Part shown: piece after piece, positions 1 to 11,125 of the stretch
How the letters are laid out: the number at the start of each line of letters is the position of its first letter
Position numbering within the stretch: position 1 is the first letter of the stretch
Source of the DNA: Octopus bimaculoides
Lineage: Eukaryota
Length of the DNA: 64,000 nucleotides
Assembly: GCF_001194135.2 (NCBI RefSeq)
Contig: NC_068987.1
Coordinates: 27,703,269 to 27,767,268 of the forward strand
Reading direction: 5' to 3'
Position numbers and translations under genes: made by a program
Notes under the pieces: generated by a model
Databases searched by the model: none
The model's input: only the letters and a program-made list of their open reading frames with translations
Told to the model about the DNA's origin: nothing

Positions 1-32
1 AACCCGCGCTCTAAACCACTACACCATATGCC
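1..32 (-). mobile_element. 5' head of a tRNA-derived SINE-like repeat, cut by the window edge
   Basis: Reverse complement reads GGCATATGGTGTAGTGGTTTAGAGCGCGGGTT, containing a Pol III A-box-like TGGTGTAGTGG; the rest lies outside the window. Confidence 0.45.
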
Positions 33-799
33 CGTGGGTAATTATGGAGTGTATTTTAGGGCTTATAAATCTAATTTTTTTTTTATTCATCCTTAATACC
101 GGTTCTCATATGCTACTCATATCTGCCCTTAGTAGACAGTATGGAGACTGGTACACTCTCAAAATTTATTTCCTACCATGGTATCCGCCCAGATGATATA
201 TACTTCAAAGCTCACACAGCACCCCCGCCACACACACACGCCCCTCCACTCACATAAATATCGTATGTTCGATTATAGATAAAGGGATTGGTATGTATCC
301 AATTTAAATACTTGTGCATGTCTACATGTTAGCACACACACATACAATCACACAAACATACAAATGTACACACGCGTACGCACACACACACACATATATA
401 TATATGTGTGTTTGTATAAAGAGGATTAAGATTAACATTATTTCCGTATGTCATTGATTACGCTCGACATGATAAAAGACGGTAGCGTAAAATATGAATC
501 AATATATGTCAATGACGGTAGATATATGTAAATGTATTCCACTATATCATGTATGAAATATAGCAACTACAGATTTAACCTTTTACTTAAATGGATAACA
601 ATAATTCACAGAAAACCTAATAAACTACATGCATTTCCCTATAAATGAATTTTTCTGTGTGTGCCGGAAAGTTGTGTACTCTGCAAAAAGTATTAACTAC
701 TTTGAGTATGGACAAAACGGCTTCTCGCAGAATAATATACAATTATTCTCTCAACCTTCATTAGAGCATATTTTTACATAATTATTAAAAGTAACATTA

Positions 800-1017
800 A
801 CAATGAATTCTAATTTTGCGCAAGGTCAGCAATTTCAGACGAGGATTTTAGTGGATTACATCGACCCCACTGTTCAACTGGTACTTATTTTATCGACCCA
901 AATAGGGACGAAATGTAAAGTTGACATGAGCCTAATTTGAACTTAGAACATAAAGCCGGACAGAATATCACTAAGCATTTTGCCCTGCATGTTAATGCTC
1001 TACCAGCTCGCTGCCTT
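800..1017 (-). mobile_element. Decayed tRNA-derived SINE, same family as 8299-8528 and 23548-23777
   Basis: Reverse complement AAGGCAGCGAGCTGGTAGAGCATTAAC...GGGTCGATAAAATAAGTACCAGTTGAACAGTGGGGTCGATGTAATC aligns by eye to the plus-strand copies at 8299 and 23548. Confidence 0.75.
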
Positions 1018-3669
1018 GACAATTAACATTAATATTACTATTTCTTTTGCTGTGTCGTTTCTTAGATACTAGACAATGCGTGTGTTAAAATATCACTGAC
1101 CTTTGTATGCCTCTATTGGAGTACATTTTGTTTGAAAGTCTAGGTCCCGGTCTTTGATTTTAGGATAACGTTCTTATCACCTACCTGTCGTACAGGGCTT
1201 TCAATAGACCTTGGGTGGTTTTTCAAACTAAATCAAATATCTTTAGTAGAACGCAGAAGATTATAAATAAAGAATATACAATTGTTACTTCGGAAAATAT
1301 CTTTGGTATTGGTTGAGGATATATTTGAAATTATTTTTTCTGTTTACTCAGCGTAGAAGAATATGACCCATGACTTGCTTTATGGTACACGAAGGACCAC
1401 TTGAACATTAATAGAAGAGCTTTTGCTGCAGCAGAGTTCAGCGCATGTATAAATGCTTGCAAAAATGTGGACATCTCCGAAAACAACAACAAAAAAGAAG
1501 GGATCGTGTGAAAGCAGGCAACTGATTACATTTACCTGCACAATTTTACTTTACCCAACGTTAGTTATGTTTTATCTCGAGCCTATGGCACGACGGCTTT
1601 GCAAATGAGCCCTACAATTTCACTAAACTCTTAACTACAGGCATATCTGCGTCTGGAAGGACACCACTGACAACTACAAAGGTTTCGTTTGAAAGTATGC
1701 CTCTTGCCTTCACATAAATGAAGCAAAAGCAAGTGTCACAATGATACTTTATTGAATGATAGTGGAAGGGTGTCTCATTACGCAATCGATACAGTGGGAA
1801 GAAAGGTAAGGAATTATTTTCAGCGTTTATTTTCTGTTAGAGACGTATAAAAGTTTATGAATATCATATTTGTATCAAAAATATTGCTCCAAAGTAAGTA
1901 AAATAGTTCAGTCAGTAAATAATACTAGGCAGGGTTATTAGATCTACGTCGACTCTATTATCGATAACTACTATTTCAAAAGCAAAAAGCATTCAGGCTC
2001 ATGATACAATATAAATGCTCGTTCCTGAACATTGAAATTAAAACAAATTCTCCCTTGCAAGGTCGACTGTCTTCACTCACACACACTAAATAATAAAGAA
2101 ACAACAAAAGATGAAAACGCACTATACTTTTAAAAACGTTGCAGTCACAACACAATCTGTGTTGAATTTGAACAAATCTAGGTTTATAGAATAGATTATT
2201 TCTTAAAATCAAGGAATAATACTAAACAAGGTAAGACTGAAGAAACCTATGCTTCAATACCCGTGCCATACGGCAGATTATTTAATTATTAATGGGTCTC
2301 TTTGACAATGAAGGTTCAAACTATTGATATTTACGATCTAGTACTTGGTGAGATAGCTAATATGTGTAACTATAATACAAATACATACATTGGATAATAT
2401 ATATGGCAGTAAATAAGTTCGGTTTCTATAAAGCAGTCTCACTAAGTCATTAAGCTAGATGCATGGGGCAACTTTAACGATAGCAATTAAAACGATACTG
2501 GTTAAATATTGGAATCATGCAAGTAATTGGTAGACTTTGAATTGAAAGTTGAAACCAAATTAACAGCATATTTTATTAAGCGGAACCTACTGTGTATACT
2601 AAACATCCGATGAAGCGGCGCCAAGTAAGGAAATTACATTTATATGTATTATCTAATATGATAGTTGGTATCTCGCGTTTTCAATCCATTCTGCAAAATA
2701 TATTTCAATTTACAATCTGCAGCCATTCGTGTTGGCCGTCATATTTTCTGACAATTCTACATAAATCAATCATTTTATCTATGATTTATGACCCAGTAAA
2801 TAAACGAACATTTTATTTTATCAAACTCATCTCATTTTCGGTTTTATTAACAACAATTCGGCCTCCCAACACATTCTGTAGCTCAGACAGCAAAAATTAT
2901 GAGTAGTTTAATGGAGTAGGATACCGTCATGATTCAAGTAAATTAGAAATTTTATTTTAAGCATCTTTGGAAATGTTATTGATTTTAGATAACAACTAAA
3001 ACTATATTACTATTACCAATATTAAGCAACATTTAAAGATTTATTTCGTTGTTATTCGAGCGAAGACAATGTATTTGTGTGGTATTTATATTAGACACAG
3101 ATACACACACTCATATATATGTGCGCCCGGAGTATATAAATCTATAGCATATAACACACGCACATATCGAAACTCGTATAGCGGTGATATGCCTTTGGTT
3201 AGGTTCTGTGAACGTAAACATACCTCAGCACCCTCCATATGACTTATGAGGGACCGTACCCTCCCCTTCTGCCGTGAGGTAGATTACTGGAACTTTGACT
3301 ATGATAACCAGACCAAAGATGAACATGTAGTGGTTTCCCGTGCCTTCTTCATGCAAGTTGAATTAGAACGCAGAAAGTCGGAAGATATACGTTAAAGCAT
3401 TTCTACTGATGGCATGACGGTTTTGCCACTCTCCCTCATCCCTACAGAACATTGTGACATGAAGTACAATACCCTAACCACTAGGCCACGTGCTTTGGTC
3501 ATAAGCACGCGCATGCGCACAAACAAGTCTTTACATATATAAGTTTAAAATTCGAGTTGGCTGAGACATCAAGTTAGTTCCATAATCTGGTTGAATAAAC
3601 CGATAGGTAAAAAATACATAGAAATGAAGAAGATAAATAAAATGCATAAGTTTATGAGGCAAGGAGGAG

Positions 3670-4297
3670 ACAACCGGGATCTTTTTTTAAAACGGGGGCC
3701 ACATTTTTCATTAACGAAACACTTTGAAACTTGGAACACTGGTAGAATGTGTCATATAAAACATCTTTTTCTCTTAGTCTTCTTTAAAAAAAAAGAAATC
3801 CATAACTTATTCCATGTTAAAGTTGTCGTATTTCTGTAATTTCAACCAATCACTGACGTCCATTCAGCCGATATACATTAAGTGCTGACTACATAAACAA
3901 ACGATTCTGAAACAATTAACCCTAACCCTAACCCTAGGGTTAAATTTGCTTTAACCCTAACCCTAACCCTAACCCTAGGGTTAGGGTTAGGGTTAGGGTT
4001 AAAGCAAATTTAAAAGGAAAAAAGCAAATAAAACGAAGGTATGGAGATTAAATACGCTTTACATCGCTTAATCAGCCAAAGGAGTAAATATAAACAACTG
4101 AATATTTGTCAGTGATTGGTTGAAATTATCGAAATAAGACAATTTTTTTACATGAAATATATTCGAATACAAAAATATTTTTCTGTTCTATAACACAAAA
4201 TAGATAAGTATACGAAATTTGAAAATCTTTCCGTACCAAAAACACTACGTAAAACATTAATGAAAAATGTGGCCCCCGTTTTAAAATAGATCCGACA
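3670..4297. mobile_element. Fold-back / MITE-like element with patchy long inverted arms around a telomeric-repeat core
   Basis: Inverted matches: TTTTAAAACGGGGGCCACATTTTTCATTAA (~3685-3714) vs TAATGAAAAATGTGGCCCCCGTTTTAAAA (~4258-4287); TTGTCGTATTTCTGTAATTTCAACCAATCACTGAC (~3823-3857) vs GTCAGTGATTGGTTGAAATTATCGAAATAAGACAA (~4108-4142). Both pairs are centred near 3980. Confidence 0.7.
3916..4013. repeat. Interstitial (CCCTAA)n/(TTAGGG)n telomere-type repeats containing a perfect 74-bp palindrome (3940-4013)
   Basis: Read directly: TTAAATTTGCTTTAACCCTAACCCTAACCCTAACCCT|AGGGTTAGGGTTAGGGTTAGGGTTAAAGCAAATTTAA, with its axis between 3976 and 3977. Confidence 0.95.
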
Positions 4298-4599
4298 ATC
4301 GAACAAATAATAATACATTATAACAAAAGACACGTAGCGTCGAATTCGGGGAAATATGAAACGAAAATACTACAATAGCAATGCAAAAATATGTACAATA
4401 AATATACTCCAATGGGGAAAAAAAAAACAGATGAGGTCCAGTGTTTTAGGTTAGACCATTATAAAAAATGCAAAAATGATAAAAGATATGAAAGGGAATG
4501 GAAAAGAAATAATACTAAATTTGCATTGAGATATCAGATTTAAATTACAAAATGCATATTTTGTTGGTCGTTAATTCAATTTTGTGGATTTGGGAGAAG

Positions 4600-5205
4600 A
4601 AAATGCAGGTCATTAATGTGTCTAAGAATGAGATTTACAGCTCTGTTCTGCATTCATTCAAAATAGACATATAGAACAGCATTACTCCATTGTTACCGTT
4701 GAAAGAGTATCCATACAGTTATCCCCATTTTGTTTCCAAATATGTGACCGTATCATTTAGAAATGCATGCAATATGGGCACCGAATGAGCAAGCAAGGTG
4801 TTATCTGAATACTCAATCTTCAAACTCTGAAAGATTCTACAATTTTCTGATATTATGATTAACTATTTCAAAGGCATTTCAAATTGCCTCAAACTGGGTG
4901 TTATCTTTGCACGTTGTAAAGCCCCATTCGCTTCTGCTCCACTCAGGATATTTCTAGTTAGCAATACTGATACTCAAGGATTTGAGTTTTATTTAACACA
5001 ATTGAATTTCATTGTCAACGTTTTAACTGAGGACATTTACCGACAAGTAATTCTGCATAACCATGCGAAAACTGAAATCAAGGTACATGATATCCACCCA
5101 TCTCATATAGCACATAATTCTATAAATAAGACAGTCATATTTCAACAGCATTATTGCATCTGGCAAAGAAAATTTCAAATGAGTTTCGATATTCGTCTCA
5201 AGCAA
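4600..5205 (-). mobile_element. Heavily decayed CR1/L2-type LINE reverse-transcriptase fragment
   Basis: Minus-strand translation gives VDIMYLDFS (cf. CR1-clade xDVIYLDFSKAFD), then YSDNTL (cf. YADDTTL) and QNRAVNLI (cf. QRRAVRLI) in the expected order, with stops and frameshifts. Confidence 0.45.
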
Positions 5206-5623
5206 GTGTGTACTGCTATATATATATATATTATGAACTTTGACAATTTTTTACTTACATAGAAAATATTTCTCGGTTTGTCATTAATTTTGGGGATTTT
5301 GCAACGGTTAATAAACTGCTATTGCGTGGTCTCTCGTAATTATGAGAAGCGATAATTAACTCGGTTTCTTGAGAGTATAGCGAAGGGCATCGAATTTTGG
5401 ATGGATGTGGCACCGCTTCGCTTTTCTTCTTCTTATCTGATATACGCGAATCAGTAACATATCAAAACACTGTTAAATATTATCTTCACGTCGGAGCGAT
5501 CGTTAAACAAGTTATTACTGGCCTGTCACCAGGTGCTCTACGGGCATGTTTTTTTTCTACAGCCCTAAGGCCTTTCAGCAGGGGATGAACTGTAGTAAAT
5601 CGGAATACGATTCGAAGTGGGTA

Positions 5624-5628
<5 letters not shown>

Positions 5629-5667
<39 letters not shown>
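5629..5667. repeat. (AT)n microsatellite
   Basis: Read directly. Confidence 0.95.
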
Positions 5668-5670
<3 letters not shown>

Positions 5671-6206
5671 TTTGACTTATTTATTCCCTCGAAGCGTGAG
5701 GCATTAATACACAGTTAATGCCCTTTATATATAAGTATTTATATTTATGATGAAATGATGAATTTTTTTCATTACGAAAATGTTTCGTTATTTTTTTCAT
5801 TTTGATGTTTTTTCACGCTGACTACTTGATAAATTCTTATAAAGAATGTATCCTATATTATATTATATATATATATATATAAAATGATCACAAAGTATCT
5901 AGACGGTTAATATTTTTCCAAGATAATTTGTTTTGTTTTTTATATCAATTGAATTAAACACAGGAAGTTGATTTAGAACATCACATCCACTTCAGTGCCT
6001 CGGGTAAAAATGACTTTATTTGTTAACTAGGGTATTTGGAATGTGTGGCCTTGACCAAATCAATTTTTAGCAGTGGTATTATTTTTCCTTCCTGCTCAAT
6101 ATTGTTTACACACACATACATGCACACCCAACCATTTATGTATGTATATGACTATACACACGAACAAAAATGAAATTATTTTTAGGGACAGCTAAATGCA
6201 AAAGTG

Positions 6207-6208
<2 letters not shown>

Positions 6209-6282
<74 letters not shown>
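6209..6282. repeat. (GT)n microsatellite
   Basis: Read directly. Confidence 0.95.
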
Positions 6283-6284
<2 letters not shown>

Positions 6285-6914
6285 AAATTCAAATAAACAA
6301 GGAATATAGGAGATCGACACAGTTTTTATGATTACAGACAATTATACTGAATATTAAATTTAAATATGTCAGACAAATGTTCTTGCTGGATTGATATCTC
6401 CCAATGAAGTTTACGTTTGCATGCAGCTTGTTCATTTGGCTAAGACTCTATACAACGTTATTCAATGCCACTATTATAGATTGACGCGAACTGCAGTTTG
6501 AGTGTATAGAGAGTATTACATCTGGTAGGGGCGATAGATTTTGAGTGCAAAGAATGAGAGAAGAATATTTAGAAACCTGATATGGCTATAAAATCAGTTA
6601 TGAGATTGACCCTATTATGACTCTAAGGTTTGAATTTCGAATCATTAATGCTAAATCCTAAACTAGGTCAAATTATATTGCATCCACTCGACTTAAGCGA
6701 AATAAGAAGGAATAAGTTTCAGTGATAAATTTATGCATTAAAGGCTCACTATGTCAAATATAATATAGCAATATAAGATATGCAGAATTTACTTGTAAGG
6801 CCAGGTTATTGTACAAAATATGTTGGAATACTTCAGCTTTAAGTGAATGCTTGTATATGAATATGTAGATGCATCGTTGCTTACAAAGAAGGGTGAAGGC
6901 AATCGAAGAATTTG

Positions 6915-7610
6915 TCTGTGCATGTGTGTGTGCGCTGCACCCATTTGTGTGCGTGTGAACGTGTTTGTGTACGTGTGTGTGTATGTGTATGTGTATGTGT
7001 GTATGTATGTGCGTTTGTGTGTACACTCGCATACTTGCTTGTATGTGTGTTTGTGTGCTTGTGAGTGTGTGTGTATTGGGCAGCCGTAACCTCTTTCAGG
7101 GTTTGCCCTTTTGTTCAAGGTCATTTTAGTCTCAGATTTGCTGAGATTTGCTTGTCATTCCATAAAGATTTATGGGTATAGTTTCTTATGTGAGGAGGGA
7201 AGGTGGGGCGGTCATATTATGTGTGTGTATGTATGTTTGTGTATTTGTGTGTGTGCGCGCGTGTGATCGTGTGCAGTGTGTGTGCCTGCATGTGGTGTGT
7301 GGGTCCACTGCATGTGTTTATGTGGCCAAGTCAGTTTTCTGAGTGAGTGTAAATGGTTCCATGTGTGTGAATGTGTGAATGTTTACCTCCGTATGTCGAT
7401 TTAAGTGTGTATGTCTGTGTGTGTGTGTGTGTGTGTGTGTTCGCACATTTGTTCGCGTGCTGTGTAACTGGTTCTTTTTATAGGGAAGTGTTTGCATGTA
7501 TGTCTGTGTGCGTGCGTTTTCATGTGTACGCCTATTTGTTACCGCGTACACGCTCGTGTGTATGCGCGTTTGTAAGCGTGTGTATTTGTCTTTATGCGTG
7601 CATTTGCGCG
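6915..7610. repeat. Degenerate GT-rich low-complexity tract
   Basis: Interrupted GTGT/GTAT/GTGC runs; these produce the CVCV/HTHT pseudo-ORFs. Confidence 0.85.
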
Positions 7611-7645
7611 TGAAAATATCTTTGATTTTGTATTGTATATATCTC

Positions 7646-7954
7646 TTTTTCTTCTTCTTCTTCTACTTCTTCTTCTTCTTCTACTTCTTCTTCTTCTTCT
7701 TCTTCTTCTCCTTCGTCGTTTTCTTCTTCTTCTTCTCCTCCTCCTCCTCCTTCTTCGTCGTCTTCTTCTTCGTCTTCTTATCATCATCATCATCATCATC
7801 CTTCTTCTTCTTCTTCTTCTTCTTCTTCTTCTTCTTCTTCTCCTCCTCCTCCTCCTTCTTCGTCTTCTTATCATCATCATCATCATCATTATCATTCTTC
7901 TTCTTCTTCTCCTCCTCCTCCTCTTCCTTCGATTTCTTCGTCTTATCATCATCA

Positions 7955-8008
<54 letters not shown>

Positions 8009-8210
8009 TCCTCCTCCTCCTCTTCCTCCTTCTTCGTCTTCTTATCATCATCATCATCATCATCATTATCATTATTATTATTCTTCTTCTTATTATTCTT
8101 CTAATTATTATTCTTCTTATTCTTCTTCTTCTTCTTATTATTATTATTATTATTATTATTATTCTTATTCTTCTTCTTCTTATTATTATTATTATTCTTA
8201 TTATTCTTCT

Positions 8211-8295
<85 letters not shown>
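7646..8295. repeat. Compound trinucleotide array (CTT/CTC/CGT/ATC/ATT) with higher-order periodicity
   Basis: Read directly. The triplets stay in one phase and the block CTTCGTCTT(CTT)ATCATCATC recurs four times. Confidence 0.95.
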
Positions 8296-8298
8296 TGC

Positions 8299-8528
8299 AA
8301 GGCGGTGAACTGGCAGAATCGTTAGCACACTGGATGAAATGCTTAGCTGTATTTCGCCCGCCACTGCGTCCTGAATTCAAATTCTACCGAGGTCGAATTT
8401 GCCTTTCATCCTTTCGGGGTCGATAAACTAAGAACCAGTGAATCACTGGGATCGATATAATCAACTAACCCTCTCCCTCCAAGTTTCAGGCCTTGTGCCT
8501 ATAGTAGAAATGAGGATTATTATTATTG
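8299..8528 (+). mobile_element. tRNA-derived SINE, near full length
   Basis: Head AAGGCGGTGAACTGGCAGAATCGTTAG, B-box-like AATTCAAATTC, central CTTTCATCCTTTCGGGGTCGATAAA (resembles the Deu/Nin-type SINE domain as I recall it) and a short (ATT)n tail. Confidence 0.85.
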
Positions 8529-9234
8529 ACATAATGATCTTTTCAAGACTCAAGTTTTGTTTGAACACATGAATTCTCGTCAAGAATCTTGCAAAGCAAA
8601 CATTTCCGTATTTATCTTTTCCTAAATAATGATTTTTCAAAGCAAAAACTTCCGTATATATTTTTTCTTAAATAACACTTGCTATGTCCTCCATATTAAA
8701 AATGTTTGCCTCATTGCTGTGCCTGAATTACAATTCAATTTCAAAATTTTCTGAGGCTATATATATCTGATGATTAGAAAATATGTTTTCCTATACAACG
8801 ATTGAATGAATTTGGTCTCTTATATTGATGCGTTTCCAGATATCGTCAAGGAGTAACCTGGTAGGTAAAAATGTCACTACATTTTGATCGGATCGATAAG
8901 ATTGTGTTAGTATAAATACTACAGAAAAAAATTAAATAAAACGGTGACAAGCATTTTCCAAGCCATAAGCTTATGGATCCAGTTTTGCGAATATCTTGGA
9001 CACGATGTCTGCCAGATGATCACCCACTTTTGCATGCTGAGTGAACTCGAGCAGCAACAAATGAAATGCAATGCACGAATTGCTAAGGTACCCACCTACA
9101 CGATATAGTTGTTACAAATATCTGCGTATATATCAATATAACGTAAAAGATATTCTCACCTTCCCGAGCGTCAAACTAATATACCTGCTTGTTGTTTGTA
9201 CACCTATCTTCGTCTTTTGACAAACACACGCACA

Positions 9235-9591
9235 CAGGCATTGGAGTGGCTGTGTGGTGAGAATACTGCTTCCTAACTTCGTGGTTCTGGATTGGGCAAG
9301 TACCGAACAAAACCTTGTGAGTGGATTTGGAAACGGAAATTTAAAGAAGCTCGTATATGTGTGTGTGTGCGTGTGTGCGTGTGTCTGAGTTTGTCCCACC
9401 ATCACCGCATGCCAACTGGTGCTGGTGTCTTTATGAACCCCTAATCTAACGTTTCGGCAAAAGAGGCCGATAAAATAAGTACCTGGCTTTAAAAAATATG
9501 TACTGGGGTCGATACATCTGACTAAACACTCTCCAAGGCGGTGCACTAGAATGACCGCAGTATAATGACTGAGAAAAGTAAAATAAAAAAG
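9235..9591 (+). mobile_element. Modular tRNA-derived SINE (head, CORE-like segment, internal GT tract, central domain, A-rich tail)
   Basis: GGAGTGGCTGTGTGGTGAG head, TTGGGCAAGT, CTTGTGAGTGGATTTGG, GATAAAATAAGTACC...GTACTGGGGTCGAT, AAGGCGGTGCACTAGAATGACCGCAG; the same modules recur at 16211 and 26620. Confidence 0.75.
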
Positions 9592-9598
9592 TTATATA

Positions 9599-9600
<2 letters not shown>

Positions 9601-9670
<70 letters not shown>
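9601..9670. repeat. (GT)n microsatellite running into an assembly gap
   Basis: Read directly; followed by Ns at 9671-9930. Confidence 0.95.
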
Positions 9671-9967
9671 NNNNNNNNNNNNNNNNNNNNNNNNNNNNNN
9701 NNNNNNNNNNNNNNNNNNNNNNNNNNNNNNNNNNNNNNNNNNNNNNNNNNNNNNNNNNNNNNNNNNNNNNNNNNNNNNNNNNNNNNNNNNNNNNNNNNNN
9801 NNNNNNNNNNNNNNNNNNNNNNNNNNNNNNNNNNNNNNNNNNNNNNNNNNNNNNNNNNNNNNNNNNNNNNNNNNNNNNNNNNNNNNNNNNNNNNNNNNNN
9901 NNNNNNNNNNNNNNNNNNNNNNNNNNNNNNNATGGTCATTCATGACCGCAGGTAGTCTTTACTCTTG

Positions 9968-10007
<40 letters not shown>

Positions 10008-10014
10008 CTATAAA

Positions 10015-10585
10015 AAAGCTTTCCCCTTATAATATGCTTCTAAGTTAGCTATCACTCCTTGATCTATTGGATGGGGCAAAGAAGTTTTATTCTTCAGAAT
10101 ACTTTCTACTCTCATATTATCAGAATGGTCATCTAATTTTGATGGGTCATTCAGTGCATTTTCTAATAGAACCAATGCTTCGTTGTACCTTTCTCCGTCA
10201 GGACAGAAAACGTTTGAAAACTACTCTTTGTAAGTGCTCTTACTTATCCATGCCTTCTTATTTGAACGCCAAATTAGAGGTAGATTAAAATTTGTCTACC
10301 TCTTGAAATCCTTCGAATTTTGGGATTGATGACTATATCACCATCGGCATTTCCTCCGAAAAGAAAACTCGAACGATTTTTTGGAATCTTTAAATCCTGG
10401 TTTTGATTTTTCTTCTCAAGAAAAAAAAAAAAGTTGCAGCTGACATACGCTACCTGGAAGCTGCATTCTCAACATTATGTTCTCGCTCTGTTGTGTAGAT
10501 GCAATCACTATCTTCAACTGCTCACGATAATTAGTAGCAGCCACTGTATCAACTTTCGGACTTATATCAATCATATTTATGTGCC
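10015..10585 (-). mobile_element. Tigger/pogo-type DDE transposase fossil
   Basis: Minus-strand fragments in order: DTVAATNYREQLKIVI; SNKKAWISK...FSNVFCP; ALVLLENA; TSLPHPIDQGVIANLEAYY (cf. Tigger TSLxQPMDQGVIAxFKAYY). Stops and frameshifts are present. Confidence 0.75.
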
Positions 10586-10589
10586 CCTT

Positions 10590-11125
10590 AGGTGGTAACA
10601 ATTCAAAACGAATTACTCCTTTGCAATCCCATTAGATAGAGAGAATAACCATTTTCCCATGGAGTTCCCTTCTCGGTTGTGGTTGAGCTTTTTTCCCTTC
10701 TACCAAGCCACTGTTTACGACGTTTAACATTTCGATAGAAGATCCAGTTTTCGTTATCAGTCACAATTCTATCCAAAAAAGGGTGAAATGAGTTCGCGAT
10801 AATGGAGAGAAGAGCAGATGTCAACTTGGGATTTGAAGTTGCTTTCGGACAATTCATGAGTTTAGGAACGATTTCAAGTTGTTGAAGATGACGATGAACA
10901 GTTGTATGTTTTGAACTAAGCGTTATTGCCAACGCAGGATTCTCTTCCAGTAATGCCTTAAGGTGCTTATCATTAAACGCAACTGGACGTCCTGAAATCT
11001 CAACTTCTGAATTTTGCAAACCATCTTCTGCGTGTGTTTCGAATCGCTTAGGTATTTCTTAAGTCATTAGGTGTTTACAAAAGTTAATGACTTATAACGC
11101 CTAATAACTTGTGAACATCCAATTA
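10590..11125 (-). mobile_element. 3'-truncated mariner transposase fossil
   Basis: SGRPVAFNDKHLKALLEENP, TTVHRHLQQL, FLDRIVTDNENWIFYRNVKRRKQWL and then WDCKGVIRFELLPP, matching the mariner HTH and first catalytic Asp region (IVTGDEKW...). Confidence 0.85.

Noticed and set aside
7496-8364. Long ORFs (202-253 aa) of poly-F/S/L/I/R/N
   Set aside because: They are readings of the trinucleotide array; stop-free only because of the repeat composition.
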